Part shown: one piece after another, positions 22,119-40,900 of the stretch
Layout: every line of letters starts with the position of its first letter
Numbering within the stretch: the first letter of the stretch is position 1
NCBI GenBank assembly: GCA_002269645.1
Contig: NIVC01000129.1
Location: 728,755 to 792,754, forward strand
Direction of reading: 5' to 3'
DNA length: 64,000 nucleotides
Origin: Macrostomum lignano
Lineage: Eukaryota
Notes under the pieces: model-generated
Seen by the model: the letters and a program-made list of their open reading frames with translations, nothing else
Databases searched by the model: none
Told to the model about the DNA's origin: nothing
Made by a program: the position numbers and the translations under genes

Positions 22119-24548
22119 TCATTCGACTCCGTGCGCGAATATCATCACAATGCCAGGCTCCAGCATCAGGCTGGGAGGCATGTGGCGATTCTCGCAGGCC
22201 AACAGCAGCACCGCCTGCTTGCCGGGCACCCGGCGAATCACGTAGCTGTCGTATTGGCGCCGGTTGGTCTGCCGCTGCTCCAGGGAGGCAACGCCGTCTG
22301 GCCAGCCGCGCTCGTGCGCTCGGTCCATCAGCTCGGTTAGTAGCCTGCGGGTTGCCGAAGTTTTGTATAGCAGCAAAGTAGCTAAACTCTTATACTGCTG
22401 CTGTCAGGAGTAAAACAGTAGTATGTGGGTGCATACTGTATTTTACAGTGCCTTTTAGGACTTTTACAGCAGAGCACACAGCCCATGGCCCTCCAGTCAC
22501 ACAGCAGAGCACACAGTCCATGGCCCTCTAGTCACACAGCAGAGCACACAGTCTATGGCCTCCCCAGTCACACAGCAGAGCACACAGTCTATGGCCTCCC
22601 CAGTCACACAGCAGAGCACACAGTCTATGGCCTCCCCAGTCACACAGCAGAGCACACAGTCTATGGCCTCCCCAGTCACACAGCAGAGCACACAGTCTAT
22701 GGCCTCCCCAGTCACACAGCAGAGCACACAGTCTATGACCTCCCCAGTCACACAGCAGAGCACACAGTCTATGGCCTCCCCAGTCACACAGCAGAGCACA
22801 CAGTCTATGGCCTCCCCAGTCACACAGCAGAGCACACAGTCTATGGCCTCCCCAGTCACACAGCAGAGCACACAGTCTATGGCCTCCCCAGTCACACAGC
22901 AGAGCACACAGTCTATGGCCTCCCCAGTCACACAGCAGAGCACACAGTCTATGGCCTCCCCAGTCACACAGCAGAGCACACAGTCTATGACCTCCCCAGT
23001 CACACAGCAGAGCACACAGTCTATGGCCTCCCCAGTCACACAGCAGAGCACACAGTCTATGGCCTCCCCAGTCACACAGCAGAGCACACAGTCTATGGCC
23101 TCCCCAGTCACACAGCAGAGCACACAGTCTATGGCCTCCCCAGTCACACAGCAGAGCACACAGTCTATGGCCTCCCCAGTCACACAGCAGAGCACACAGT
23201 CTATGGCCTCCCCAGTCACACAGCAGAGCACACAGTCTATGGCCTCCCCAGTCACACAGCAGAGCACACAGTCTATGGCCTCCCCAGTCACACAGCAGAG
23301 CAGTCTATGGCCTAACCTGCTCGGACAGCCAGTCTCGGCCAGCGACCGGCGCACCACGGCCTGCAGCACCAGGTCTGGTGTGGAGATGACGCCGCCCCAG
23401 CGGGCTACCCGCGCCAGCCGAAGGCTACGCGCCCAGGCCAGCTGAAGGCTCTCATCGCCAGCCATTGAGGCGTCCCCGGCCGCTGATGGCAGGGCGGAGC
23501 GAGAGGGCAGCGGGGCCGGCGGGGAGATGCCGGCAGATAGCAGCTGCCTGCGAAGGTCGTGCACAGCTTGACGGAGCTCCGCCTGCTCGCAGCGCAGCTG
23601 GGAGACGATTTTGCTGTTTTTCTGCAATGCCGGGGAGGCCTGGGCATCTGGGAGGCTGACCCAGCAACTGGGGATCTGGGAGGCTGCCCAGCAACTGACA
23701 CTCTGGGAGGCTGGCCCAGCAACTGAGGATCTGGGAGGCTGGCCCAGCAACTGACACTCTGGGAGGCCGGCCCAGCAACTGGGGATCTGGGAGGCTGGCC
23801 CAGCAACTGGGGATCTGGGAGGCTGGCCCAGCAACTGGGGATCTGGGAGGCTGGCCCAGCAACTGGGGATCTGGGAGGCTGGCCCAGCAACTGGGGATCT
23901 GGGAGGCTGGCCCAGCAACTGAGGATCTGGGAGGCTGGCCCAGCAACTCCGGATCTGGGAGGCTGGCCCAGCAACTCCGGATCTGGGAGGCTGGCTCAGC
24001 AACTGAGGATCTGGGAGGCTGGCCCAGCAACTGAGGATCTGGGAGGCTGGCCCAGCAACTGAGGATCTGGGAGGCTGGCGCAGCAACTCCGGATCTGGGA
24101 GCCTCACCGCCTGAATGTCGTCAACAAGGAGCCGCAGTGCCCGCACGCAGCAGTGCTCAGCCAGCTGGTCGCTGGGCACCATGAGGCCGCAGCCGCTGCC
24201 GCAGGGCACGGGCCTGCTGGGATTGTACTCGCACTGGGCTGCGTGCTGAGCAGCTGAGGCCAGCTTGACCCGGGCGCCGCAGCCCAGCTGCTGGAAATCG
24301 CAGGCCACGTCGAGCCGGCTGAGCAGGTTGCGCAGAATTCTTGGCGCCGGTTTCAAATGCAGCGACAGCAACGGCTGCCGGTCAATGGGGCAGGTGGGGT
24401 TCAGCCGCAGCCACTGGTCGATGCAGCCGGTGCAGAAGGTGTGCTCGCAGTCCGGCGCCTGTACCGGAGCGTCCAGCACCCCGCCGCAGATCGGGCAGAT
24501 CAGCTCTTCGTCCACTTCGCCTTCGAATCTCGCCAGCTCGAATCCCAT
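22119..24548 (-). CDS. RNF41: E3 ubiquitin ligase RNF41/NRDP1, 3 exons
   Basis: Exons 24548-24108, 23621 (or 23639)-23317, 22344-22119. RING MGFELARFEGEVDEELICPICGGVLDAPVQAP..CEHTFC, then RWGGVISTPD, AHERGWP and PGIVMIFAHGVE match the RNF41 N- and C-terminal domains. Confidence 0.93.
22480..23312. repeat. 36-bp minisatellite in RNF41 intron 2
   Basis: About 23 near-perfect copies of CAGTCTATGGCCTCCCCAGTCACACAGCAGAGCACA. Confidence 0.96.
23645..24105. repeat. 28-bp minisatellite in RNF41 intron 1
   Basis: About 16 copies of CAGCAACTGAGGATCTGGGAGGCTGGCC variants. Confidence 0.94.
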
Positions 24549-24611
24549 GGCTGCGAGATTTGGGGAGCTGAGGACTGCAATCATCAGATGCAACCTAAGT
24601 TGCTCCCTGCA

Positions 24612-25545
24612 ACCTAACACTATCTGACACTGTGTCTGACACTACCTAACACTATCTGACACTGTGTCTGACACTACCTAACACTATCTGACACTGTGTC
24701 TGACACTACCTAACACTATCTGACACTGTGTCTGACACTACCTAACACTATCTGACACTGTGTCTGACACTACCTAACACTATCTGACACTGTGTCTGAC
24801 ACTACCTAACACTATCTGACACTGTGTCTGACACTACCTAACACTATCTGACACTGTGTCTGACACTACCTAACACTATCTGACACTGTGTCTGACACTA
24901 CCTAACACTATCTGACACTGTGTCTGACACTACCTAACACTATCTGACACTGTGTCTGACACTACCTAACACTATCTGACACTGTGTCTGACACTACCTA
25001 ACACTATCTGACACTGTGTCTGACACTACCTAACACTATCTGACACTGTGTCTGACACTACCTAACACTATCTGACACTGTGTCTGACACTACCTAACAC
25101 TATCTGACACTGTGTCTGACACTACCTAACACTATCTGACACTGTGTCTGACACTACCTAACACTATCTGACACTGTGTCTGACACTACCTAACACTATC
25201 TGACACTGTGTCTGACACTACCTAACACTATCTGACACTGTGTCTGACACTACCTAACACTATCTGACACTGTGTCTGACACTACCTAACACTATCTGAC
25301 ACTGTGTCTGACACTACCTAACACTATCTGACACTGTGTCTGACACTACCTAACACTATCTGACACTACCTAACACTATCTGACACTGTCTGACACTACC
25401 TAACACTATCTGACACTGTGTCTGACACTACCTAACACTATCTGGCACTGTCTGACACTACCTACTACCTAACACTACGCTCGTATCTGACACTATCTGA
25501 AACTGTACCTAACACTCTGAAACTAATGTCTGACACTATCTGACA
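24612..25545. repeat. 32-bp minisatellite between RPS11 and RNF41
   Basis: ACTACCTAACACTATCTGACACTGTGTCTGAC, about 23 essentially perfect copies plus a degenerate end. Confidence 0.96.
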
Positions 25546-25659
25546 CTTAAGCAACAAAAAAAACAATTCAAAACAGAAAAAAACTTGTCCAAGCCTCAAT
25601 ACAAGCCAGTTAGTTGAGCACAAAACTGACATGGCGTATTCTATCGCTAATTTATTTAA

Positions 25660-25672
25660 TTGCCATGGCAAC
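25660..25672. promoter_or_regulatory. Near-perfect palindromic RFX X-box (TTGCCATGGCAAC)
   Basis: Matches GTTGCCATGGCAAC at 13 of 14 positions; lies 3-prime of RPS11 and about 1.1 kb upstream of RNF41. Function untested. Confidence 0.4.
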
Positions 25673-25738
25673 ACAATCTGCCCCAACTCTGCAAACAAAT
25701 TTCATTTGCCACACACACTAAATCAGTCAAAAGTTATT

Positions 25739-26185
25739 TTAAAACTTTTGAAACGAAGTCTTCTTACTGCCGCCGCGAGCTTTGCTGACTTTGATCACAT
25801 TGAATGAGACCGTCTTGGACAGCGGCCGGCACTCGCCAACCGTCACAATGTCGCCGAGTTCAACGTCGCGAAAGCAGGGCGACAGGTGCACGGACATGTT
25901 CTTGTGCCGCTTCTCGTAGCGCTGGTACTTTTGCACAAAGTGCAGATAATCCCTGCGGATCACGATGGTGCGCTGCATCTTCATCTTGGTGACCACGCCA
26001 GTGAATATGCGGCCGCGGATGTGAACGTCGCCAGTGAATGGGCACTTCTTGTCAACGTAGCTGCCTTCGATGGCTTCGCGCGGCGTTTTGAAGCCGAGGC
26101 CGACATTCTTCACGTAGTGATTGCGGCGGCCCTTCTTGCCGCGCACCTCCTGCTTCTGGAAGGCTCGCTCGTTCAGTTCGGCCAT
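25739..26185 (-). CDS. RPS11: 40S ribosomal protein S11 (uS17), intronless
   Basis: 148-aa ORF: [62 protein letters not shown]. Confidence 0.96.
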   Translation of the reverse strand: MAELNERAFQKQEVRGKKGRRNHYVKNVGLGFKTPREAIEGSYVDKKCPFTGDVHIRGRIFTGVVTKMKMQRTIVIRRDYLHFVQKYQRYEKRHKNMSVHLSPCFRDVELGDIVTVGECRPLSKTVSFNVIKVSKARGGSKKTSFQKF

Positions 26186-26254
26186 GGCTGACTAGGGATT
26201 TTCTTAGTTGCTAGGGGCGCTGAAATGAGTGCAGATCGACGCTGCTGAATTGCG

Positions 26255-27077
26255 ATTCTTTGGCTGAGGGGCGATTCTTTAGAGTTGGCTGAGGGGCGAT
26301 TCTTTAGAGTTGGCTGAGGGGCGATTCTTTAGAGTTGGCTGAGGGGCGATTCTTTAGAGTTGGCTGAGGGGCGATTCTTTAGAGTTGGCTGAGGGGCGAT
26401 TCTTTAGAGTTGGCTGAGGGGCGATTCTTTAGAGTTTGATGAAGGGTAATTCTTTAGAGTTGGCTGAGGGGCGAATCTTTTGAGATGGCTGAGGGGCGAT
26501 TCTTTAGAGATGGCTGAGGGGCGATTCTTTAGAGTTGGCTGAGGGGCGATTCTTTAGAGTTGGCTGAGGGGCGATTCTTTAGAGTTGGCTGAGGGGCGAT
26601 TCTTTAGAGTTGGCTGAGGGGCGATTCTTTAGAATTGGCTGAGGGGCGATTCTTTAGAGATGGCTGAGGGGCGATTCTTTAGAATTGGCTGAGGGGCGAT
26701 TCTTTAGAGATGGCTGAGGGGCGATTCTTTAGAGTTGGCTGAGGGGCGATTCTTTAGAGTTGGCTGAGGGGCGATTCTTTAGAGTTGGCTGAGGGGCGAT
26801 TCTTTAGAGTTGGCTGGGGGGCGATTCTTTAGATTTGGCTGAGGGGCGATTCTTTAGATTTGGCTGAGGGGCGATTCTTTAGTATTGGCTGAGGGGCGAT
26901 TCTTTAGAATTGGCTGAGGGGCGATTCTTTAGAATTGGCTGAGGGGCGATTCTTTAGAGTTGGCTGAGGGGCGATTCTTTAGAGATTGATGAAGGGTAAT
27001 TCTTTAGAGTTGGCTGAGGGGCGATTCTTTAGAGATGGCTGAGGGGCGATTCTTTAGAGTTGGCTGAGGGGCGATTA
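26255..27077. repeat. 25-bp minisatellite upstream of RPS11
   Basis: GGCTGAGGGGCGATTCTTTAGAGTT, about 32 copies. Confidence 0.96.
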
Positions 27078-27589
27078 GAAGTTCAAATGAGACGCCAGAC
27101 TTGAGCACATGTACTCACTCAGAATGTTAAAAATCGTTCATTTATATTTTATATTTTAACGGAACCAGATTTCAAACAGTATTTAGTTGGTGGAGCAGGC
27201 AAGGCGAAGATGATAGATAGTTAAGGTATGAATAAAACTGAAATGATAGTTAGATCGCTAAAACTACTACTGACAGTAGCACAGTAGATTTATTAACTGA
27301 GTAGCCAGATATGAAAGTGCAAACCAGACACTGCAAAAGACAAATAACAGGGCATGCATTCTATTAAGCTAAAAATTAATATTAAATAACTATTGGTAAA
27401 GCAGATTTGTTTTTTAGTTGATCAGCTAAAAGCATTTTTGTTTTGCTATTAACCTGTGTAAAAGCAGTGTTTCAATATTCAAATAGGACATGTTGAAAAA
27501 TGGTCTAGTCCAGAATATAACACACAAGGAGCTTTGCATGTAATTAATTATTATAATTATGATTTGTTCCTGCTTAGATAAAAGTGCGC

Positions 27590-28640
27590 CCATGTCTACA
27601 ATATTCATGGCGCCAAAACCCCATGTTTATAGTATTCAAGGCGCCAAAACCCCATGTCTACAATATTCATGGCGCCAAAACCCCATGTCTACAATATTCA
27701 TGGCGCCAAAACCCCATGTCTACAATATTCATGGCGCTAAAACCCCATGTCTACAATATTCATGGCGCCAAAACCCCATGTCTACAATATTCATGGCGCC
27801 AAAACCCCATGTCTACAATATTCATGGCGCCAAAACCCCATGTCTACAATATTCATGGCGCCAAAACCCCATGTCTACAATATTCATGGCGCCAAAACCC
27901 CATGTCTACAATATTCATGGCGCCAAAACCCCATGTCTACAATATTCATGGCGCCAAAACCCCATGTCTACAATATTCATGGCGCCAAAACCCCATGTCT
28001 ACAATATTCATGGCGCCAAAACCCCATGTCTACAATATTCATGGCGCCAAAACCCCATGTCTACAATATTCATGGCGCCAAAACCCCATGTCTACAATAT
28101 TCATGGCGCCAAAACCCCATGTCTACAATATTCATGGCGCCAAAACCCCATGTCTACAATATTCATGGCGCCAAAACCCCATGTCTACAATATTCATGGC
28201 GCCAAAACCCCATGTCTACAATATTCATGGCGCCAAAACCCCATGTCTACAATATTCATGGCGCCAAAACCCCATGTCTACAATATTCATGGCGCCAAAA
28301 CCCCATGTCTACAATATTCATGGCGCCAAAACCCCATGTCTACAATATTCATGGCGCCAAAACCCCATGTCTACAATATTCATGGCGCCAAAACCCCATG
28401 TCTACAATATTCATGGCGCCAAAACCCCATGTCTACAATATTCATGGCGCCAAAACCCCATGTCTACAATATTCATGGCGCCAAAACCCCATGTCTACAA
28501 TATTCATGGCGCCAAAACCCCATGTCTACAATATTCATGGCGCCAAAACCCCATGTCTACAATATTCATGGCGCCAAAACCCATGTCTACAATATTCATG
28601 GCGCCAAAACCCCATGTCTACAATATTCATGGCGCCAAAA
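27590..28640. repeat. 31-bp minisatellite downstream of the BAG gene
   Basis: CATGTCTACAATATTCATGGCGCCAAAACCC, about 34 near-perfect copies. Confidence 0.96.
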
Positions 28641-28798
28641 CACGACTTCTAAACATTTGGCGCCAAAACTCCACGTCTTCAAATGGATGCCTTCCTTTAA
28701 AAAAACAGCATTCTTTAATTAGCACGGCTAAGGAACAAAATACGCTAATTCTTAGGTAGGAATAATTTGTATCAAAGGTTAATAAAGGTAATAGAAAA

Positions 28799-36207
<7,409 letters not shown>

Positions 36208-37379
36208 TTATATATTTATATCATATTGCTAGCTCATTCTATTTTTAGCTTATTATTTCTTTAAAAAACAAAAAATTGTTCAAATAGAAGCGAATTTTGC
36301 CAAGATCAAAGTAACTTGGTGAGTTACCAACTTGGGAGTTAAAGAGAAAGGCCTAGCCTAAGTATTTCAAGTAGATGTTGAAAATTGTATTCAAGTCTTA
36401 GTTCAGACTGCTAATTCTGAGACTGCTAAGCAGCCTAGGCTACTTACAAAATCTAGAAGAAAAAGATATTGCAAAAGATCCCACTTTAGTGTCACGTGTT
36501 TGAATTTGGAAAAGCCACTTAGGAATTTTGCAATCTATAATAAAACTAGAAGTTCTCCGAAGCCTTACATTCATAGGTAAGTAACAAGTATTTTGATATT
36601 ATTTCTTCTTGTAGCCTAATACTCAATATACTAAATAGAGTTAAGTTAAATTAGAGTTATTCAATCTCAACTTAATGTTAACTAGCCTATATACTCTTTA
36701 AGTTTTTTTTAATTCTATTATTATTAATTAATGAACACTATTAATTTCAATAATAGCTACAAAAGACTTCTAAATACATATTTACTCTAGGCACCATAAA
36801 GATTAAGCTAGATTTATGCCCCATTTTGTCTGTCCAAACTGCCTTGTTGTGCAGCAGCTGTTGGCTTATAGGAGTCAATAGAAAACATAAGCGCCTCAGA
36901 AATAGCCTTTGATGGAGGATTCAGTGGCTTAAGCCATTACTGCTATTGCTACTATTAAAGATATTGAAGATATACTTGCCACTGTTCAAGCTATTGATAA
37001 GGACATACTGGGTAAAACAGAAAGTTCTTATGGTTTTTGAAGTTTCCTATGAAATGAAGTATATATAAGAGTTGAAGTAATAACTATAGCTGAAACTTGA
37101 ATTTGGGTTGCTCTACATCAGTCAATGGCTTTTTTATACCTCTGCACACATGGCTTCTAGAAATTCTATAGTCTATCTTCAAAAACTGAGAACTTTCTGT
37201 TTTATCCAATACCTAGCTATACTGCTACTACTGCTGTTATTGAAGACTACTACTCTTTCCAAGAATGGTAGAGGTCAGAAAATGTCTGGCCGCACCTTCT
37301 AAATGGTGGCTTATTTATCCAACTGAGCTTCACGGCTCTGTAATATTTGTCATTTTCTTTGCAAATAAGCCATTTTATT

Positions 37380-38097
37380 TGCATACCTATGCAAGTAGTG
37401 CTGACACCTGGTATTGCAGCCAGATCATGAGATCACTAGACTATACATGTCCTTGGTTGGCTTGCACAGGTGCACCTTAGCTGCAGGGACACACAGAGGT
37501 CAGTGCAATATACAATATCACACTGAGCAATGATATGAGTGCAACCAACAAGGGCCACTCCGTGGTATTGCAGGCACCTGTTGCCTCCAGTCCCTGCTAT
37601 TTCAACTATGGATATGCTAGGTGGTGCTGTGGACTATGAGGCCAATCTTTATCTGGCCCCAGCTATACCAGGTGGTTGCCTTAGACTCAGTACAATGAAC
37701 TGCCAAACTCTGAAAGCCCCTGGCATTATATCATTCTTTGCATACCTATGCAAGTAGTGCTGACACCTGGTATTGCAGCCAGATCATGAGATCACTAGAC
37801 TATACATGTCCTTGGTTGGCTTGCACAGGTACACCTTAGCTGCAGGGACACACAGAGGTCAGTGCAATATACAATATCACACTGAGCAATGATATGAGTG
37901 CAACCAACAAGGGCCACTCCGTGGTATTGCAGGCACCTGTTGCCTCCAGTCCCTGCTATTTCAACTATGGATATGCTAGGTGGTGCTGTGGACTATGAGG
38001 CCAATCTTTATCTGGCCCCAGCTATACCAGGTGGTTGCCTTAGACTCAGTACAATGAACTGCCAAACTCTGAAAGCCCCTGGCATTATATCATTCTT
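37380..38097 (+). repeat. 359-bp tandem duplication at the 5-prime end of the LINE relic
   Basis: 37380-37738 and 37739-38097 are near-identical; duplicated ORFs 37539 and 37898 are offset by 359. Confidence 0.92.
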
Positions 38098-40900
38098 GTC
38101 CAGTTGACCTATGACCTTTAGCTAGAACTCATTATGCTGTAAGTTTCTATTGTGGCTGAGCTGAGGCTCCACTCTGAGGACCTTAAAGCCAGCTGGAGCC
38201 TTTTGTACATATTGGCAAACAACTGCAATTGGGGCAGTGTTGCCATACTGATCAGACTGTCCTTTCAACAAAGTATGCACTGCACTTCACTATATGCCTA
38301 CTGCATCTGGTTGTTTTTTGCATATGTATCCACTGTTATTCATCCCAAGGAGGCTTGTGCCTTTTTTTAACTTCCTCGCTGGGCAGCTAGAAGAGGTGCC
38401 AAACTACAACATACTGGCAGTGCTCCGAGACCTGAAGGCAGTTCTGTGGAGGTCCAAGCACTAGCCCTTTATTGCAGGATACAAGAATGCTAATACCAAT
38501 GCACTAGAAGATCTGCTTGAGTGGCTAGACCTGGTGTCTGCAAACATCCAGTTCTGCAAGCCCCCTGCCAATCTGGTTACCATTGCAGGCTGCAATAGGT
38601 GATAGAATGCATGCCGGCAGAATGCCACAAAGAGACTGGTGCAACTCAATGGTATACTGGTTAACACTCATGAGCACCACTGTGCTACTAACTGCGACAC
38701 TATGGCTCCACTGACTCTCTAGTCAGACTATTGACTTCTGCTCTGCAACTTGTAGCTCCACAACTAGCTCTACCAACTGCCAAAGCAGTAGCAATGGTAT
38801 TACTATTGTACTCTGTTGGACACCCACATGAAGCATCAATTTGTAGGCACTTTTGTCAGTGATCTTGGAGACTAGCACAAGGCAGAATATTCCAACATTA
38901 GCACTACCATTAGAGCTGCTGCAGAGCACAGTCCCACTGATATGGCCAGTGCAGAAATTGCTACCTGTCTGGCAGTGACCTGACTATCAGGCAGGTACAG
39001 AACATTGAGTGACTCTACAGAAACTGGCAGCCCACAGGCAACACTAAAGATATGTTTAAGCACCTTCTAAATGAGTGGCAGCAGGCCACTGTTGATGATG
39101 CCATCTAGTCCATCATTGTAGCCAGTCCCAAATGAAGAGCTAAGCAGTGTAGATGGCCATCCAGACCCTGATAGGATAAAATAGATGCAAAAAGTGTGTG
39201 GCACTGAACCTAGCCAGCAACACCCTAGTAGAGCACAGGAATGAATTGCACAACTTCTTTGCTAGCACTATGAATGCACCTGCATTGCTGCTACTTGCCA
39301 ATTTTGGGCTTCCACTGAACATGCCACTCCTAGCTAAGGACTTTTGCACCAGCCCAGTCACCACAGAGTATGTTGTGCTACTTGCTCAAAACATTAGGCG
39401 ACAAGGCACTTGGCCCTAATAGCCCTAACAATCAAAGTGCTACAGCTCTGCTATGTGAACTCCCAGGTGACAAGCATCATGCACTATATGTTAGCTGGCA
39501 CCCTGCACCCAAGTGGACTATTGGGCATATTGTTCTGATCCCAAAGAAGACAGGGACAATGTGGAAAGAAGACCATTGCCAGTGCCAGATCTTGCTGATC
39601 TCCCACACTGCAAAGCTCTTCAAGCAGCTGCTGCTCAATTGCCTATAGTTGGTGCTGGATCTATACCTGCAAGTACAAGTACAAGCAGAATGGATTCTGG
39701 CTATAATGTGGTACAGTGACAGATCCTTACACTCTGCCGTCTCTACTGTATCATTAAGGAGGCATGTATCCACCAGTCTATACTTATCATTGTCTTCATT
39801 GACTTTCAAAGGCATTTGACTTGGTGTTGAGAGCCACACTTTCCTTTGTCCTTTGAGCCTACAAGGTACCTTAGCAACTAATTGACATTGTCATGGCACT
39901 GTATTATAACACTTGAGCTGCTTTGGTGATAGTAGATGGCCTATTTGACCTGTTTAACACTTCATCAGGAGTTCTGCAGGATGACACATTGGCACTGTTC
40001 CTCTTCATGCTGCTACTGGAATGAGTGCTTTGGACCACAATCTCCTTGGCTGATGTTGGCTTCTTGCTGCACAGAAGAATCAGTCACCACCAAAGCAAAA
40101 AGTGTGAGCATGCTTGGCTATGCCAACAACCCCACCCTCCTGTCCTTGTCTGTTGAAGGCCCTTGCACCAGATCAACAGGCTAGTTGAGGTGGCATTGAG
40201 TGTCAGTCTGGTTGTCAACACGCTGATGACTGAGGTGCTGACTATGCTGGCAAACATCCTAGTAGACCTGACATGCCACAGTGTAGACAGGCAGATGAGC
40301 AAGCTTGCACATTGCTAGCAGTTCACCTATCTTGGCGGTGTGGTGCCCCTCATGGATGAAGACCTCTGGTAGCATAGAGGACTTACCTGTGGCCTTCATT
40401 TGATCTAGGCCATCACCCAGTCCAAAGTGCTGGCTGACCACCACAGGGCTTGGCTGTGACAGGTGGTGGTTGAAACTATCCTGCTCTACAATGCCCAGAT
40501 GTGGATGCTAATGGCTACACTAGAGTGGCAGCTAGATTGGCACACTTAGGTCTGCTCTGTGTAGCCATTTGAGCTGACAAGAGCATTGGGACCAAAGCCC
40601 TATACAATTGGGCCAAGCTACAGTGCCTGTCTATTATCTTGTGCTAGCTACAACTTCAACTCGTAGGCCATGTGATCTGCACCAAGGGTTACTGCACCCA
40701 ACCTATTTAGGATGTTCTGCTGCTCACTTTGCCAGTCCCATTCAGGTGGGGTCAGGCCTAAACCCATCAATATGTAGACTGCCTCCTACACAATGCTGGG
40801 GTGCCCAACATTGCCAATGGGATAGACTTTCTATACTCTTAGGCTCTGCAACAGGCCATCTGATGTACCTTGTTATAACTATGACCTTGCATATGGGGCT
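37380..40900 (+). mobile_element. Decayed non-LTR retrotransposon (RTE-like; APE endonuclease + RT relic)
   Basis: Fragmented motifs: LRLSTMNCQTLK (APE start), IVLIPKK...LLISHTAKLFKQLLLNCL, IDFQRAFD-like, GVLQDDTLALFLF, GYANN (YADD relic), QFTYLGG, VETILLYNAQMW; many stops and frameshifts. Confidence 0.8.

Noticed and set aside
22480-28640. Regular direct-repeat arrays resembling CRISPR
   Set aside because: No unique spacers between units, eukaryotic context, no cas genes.
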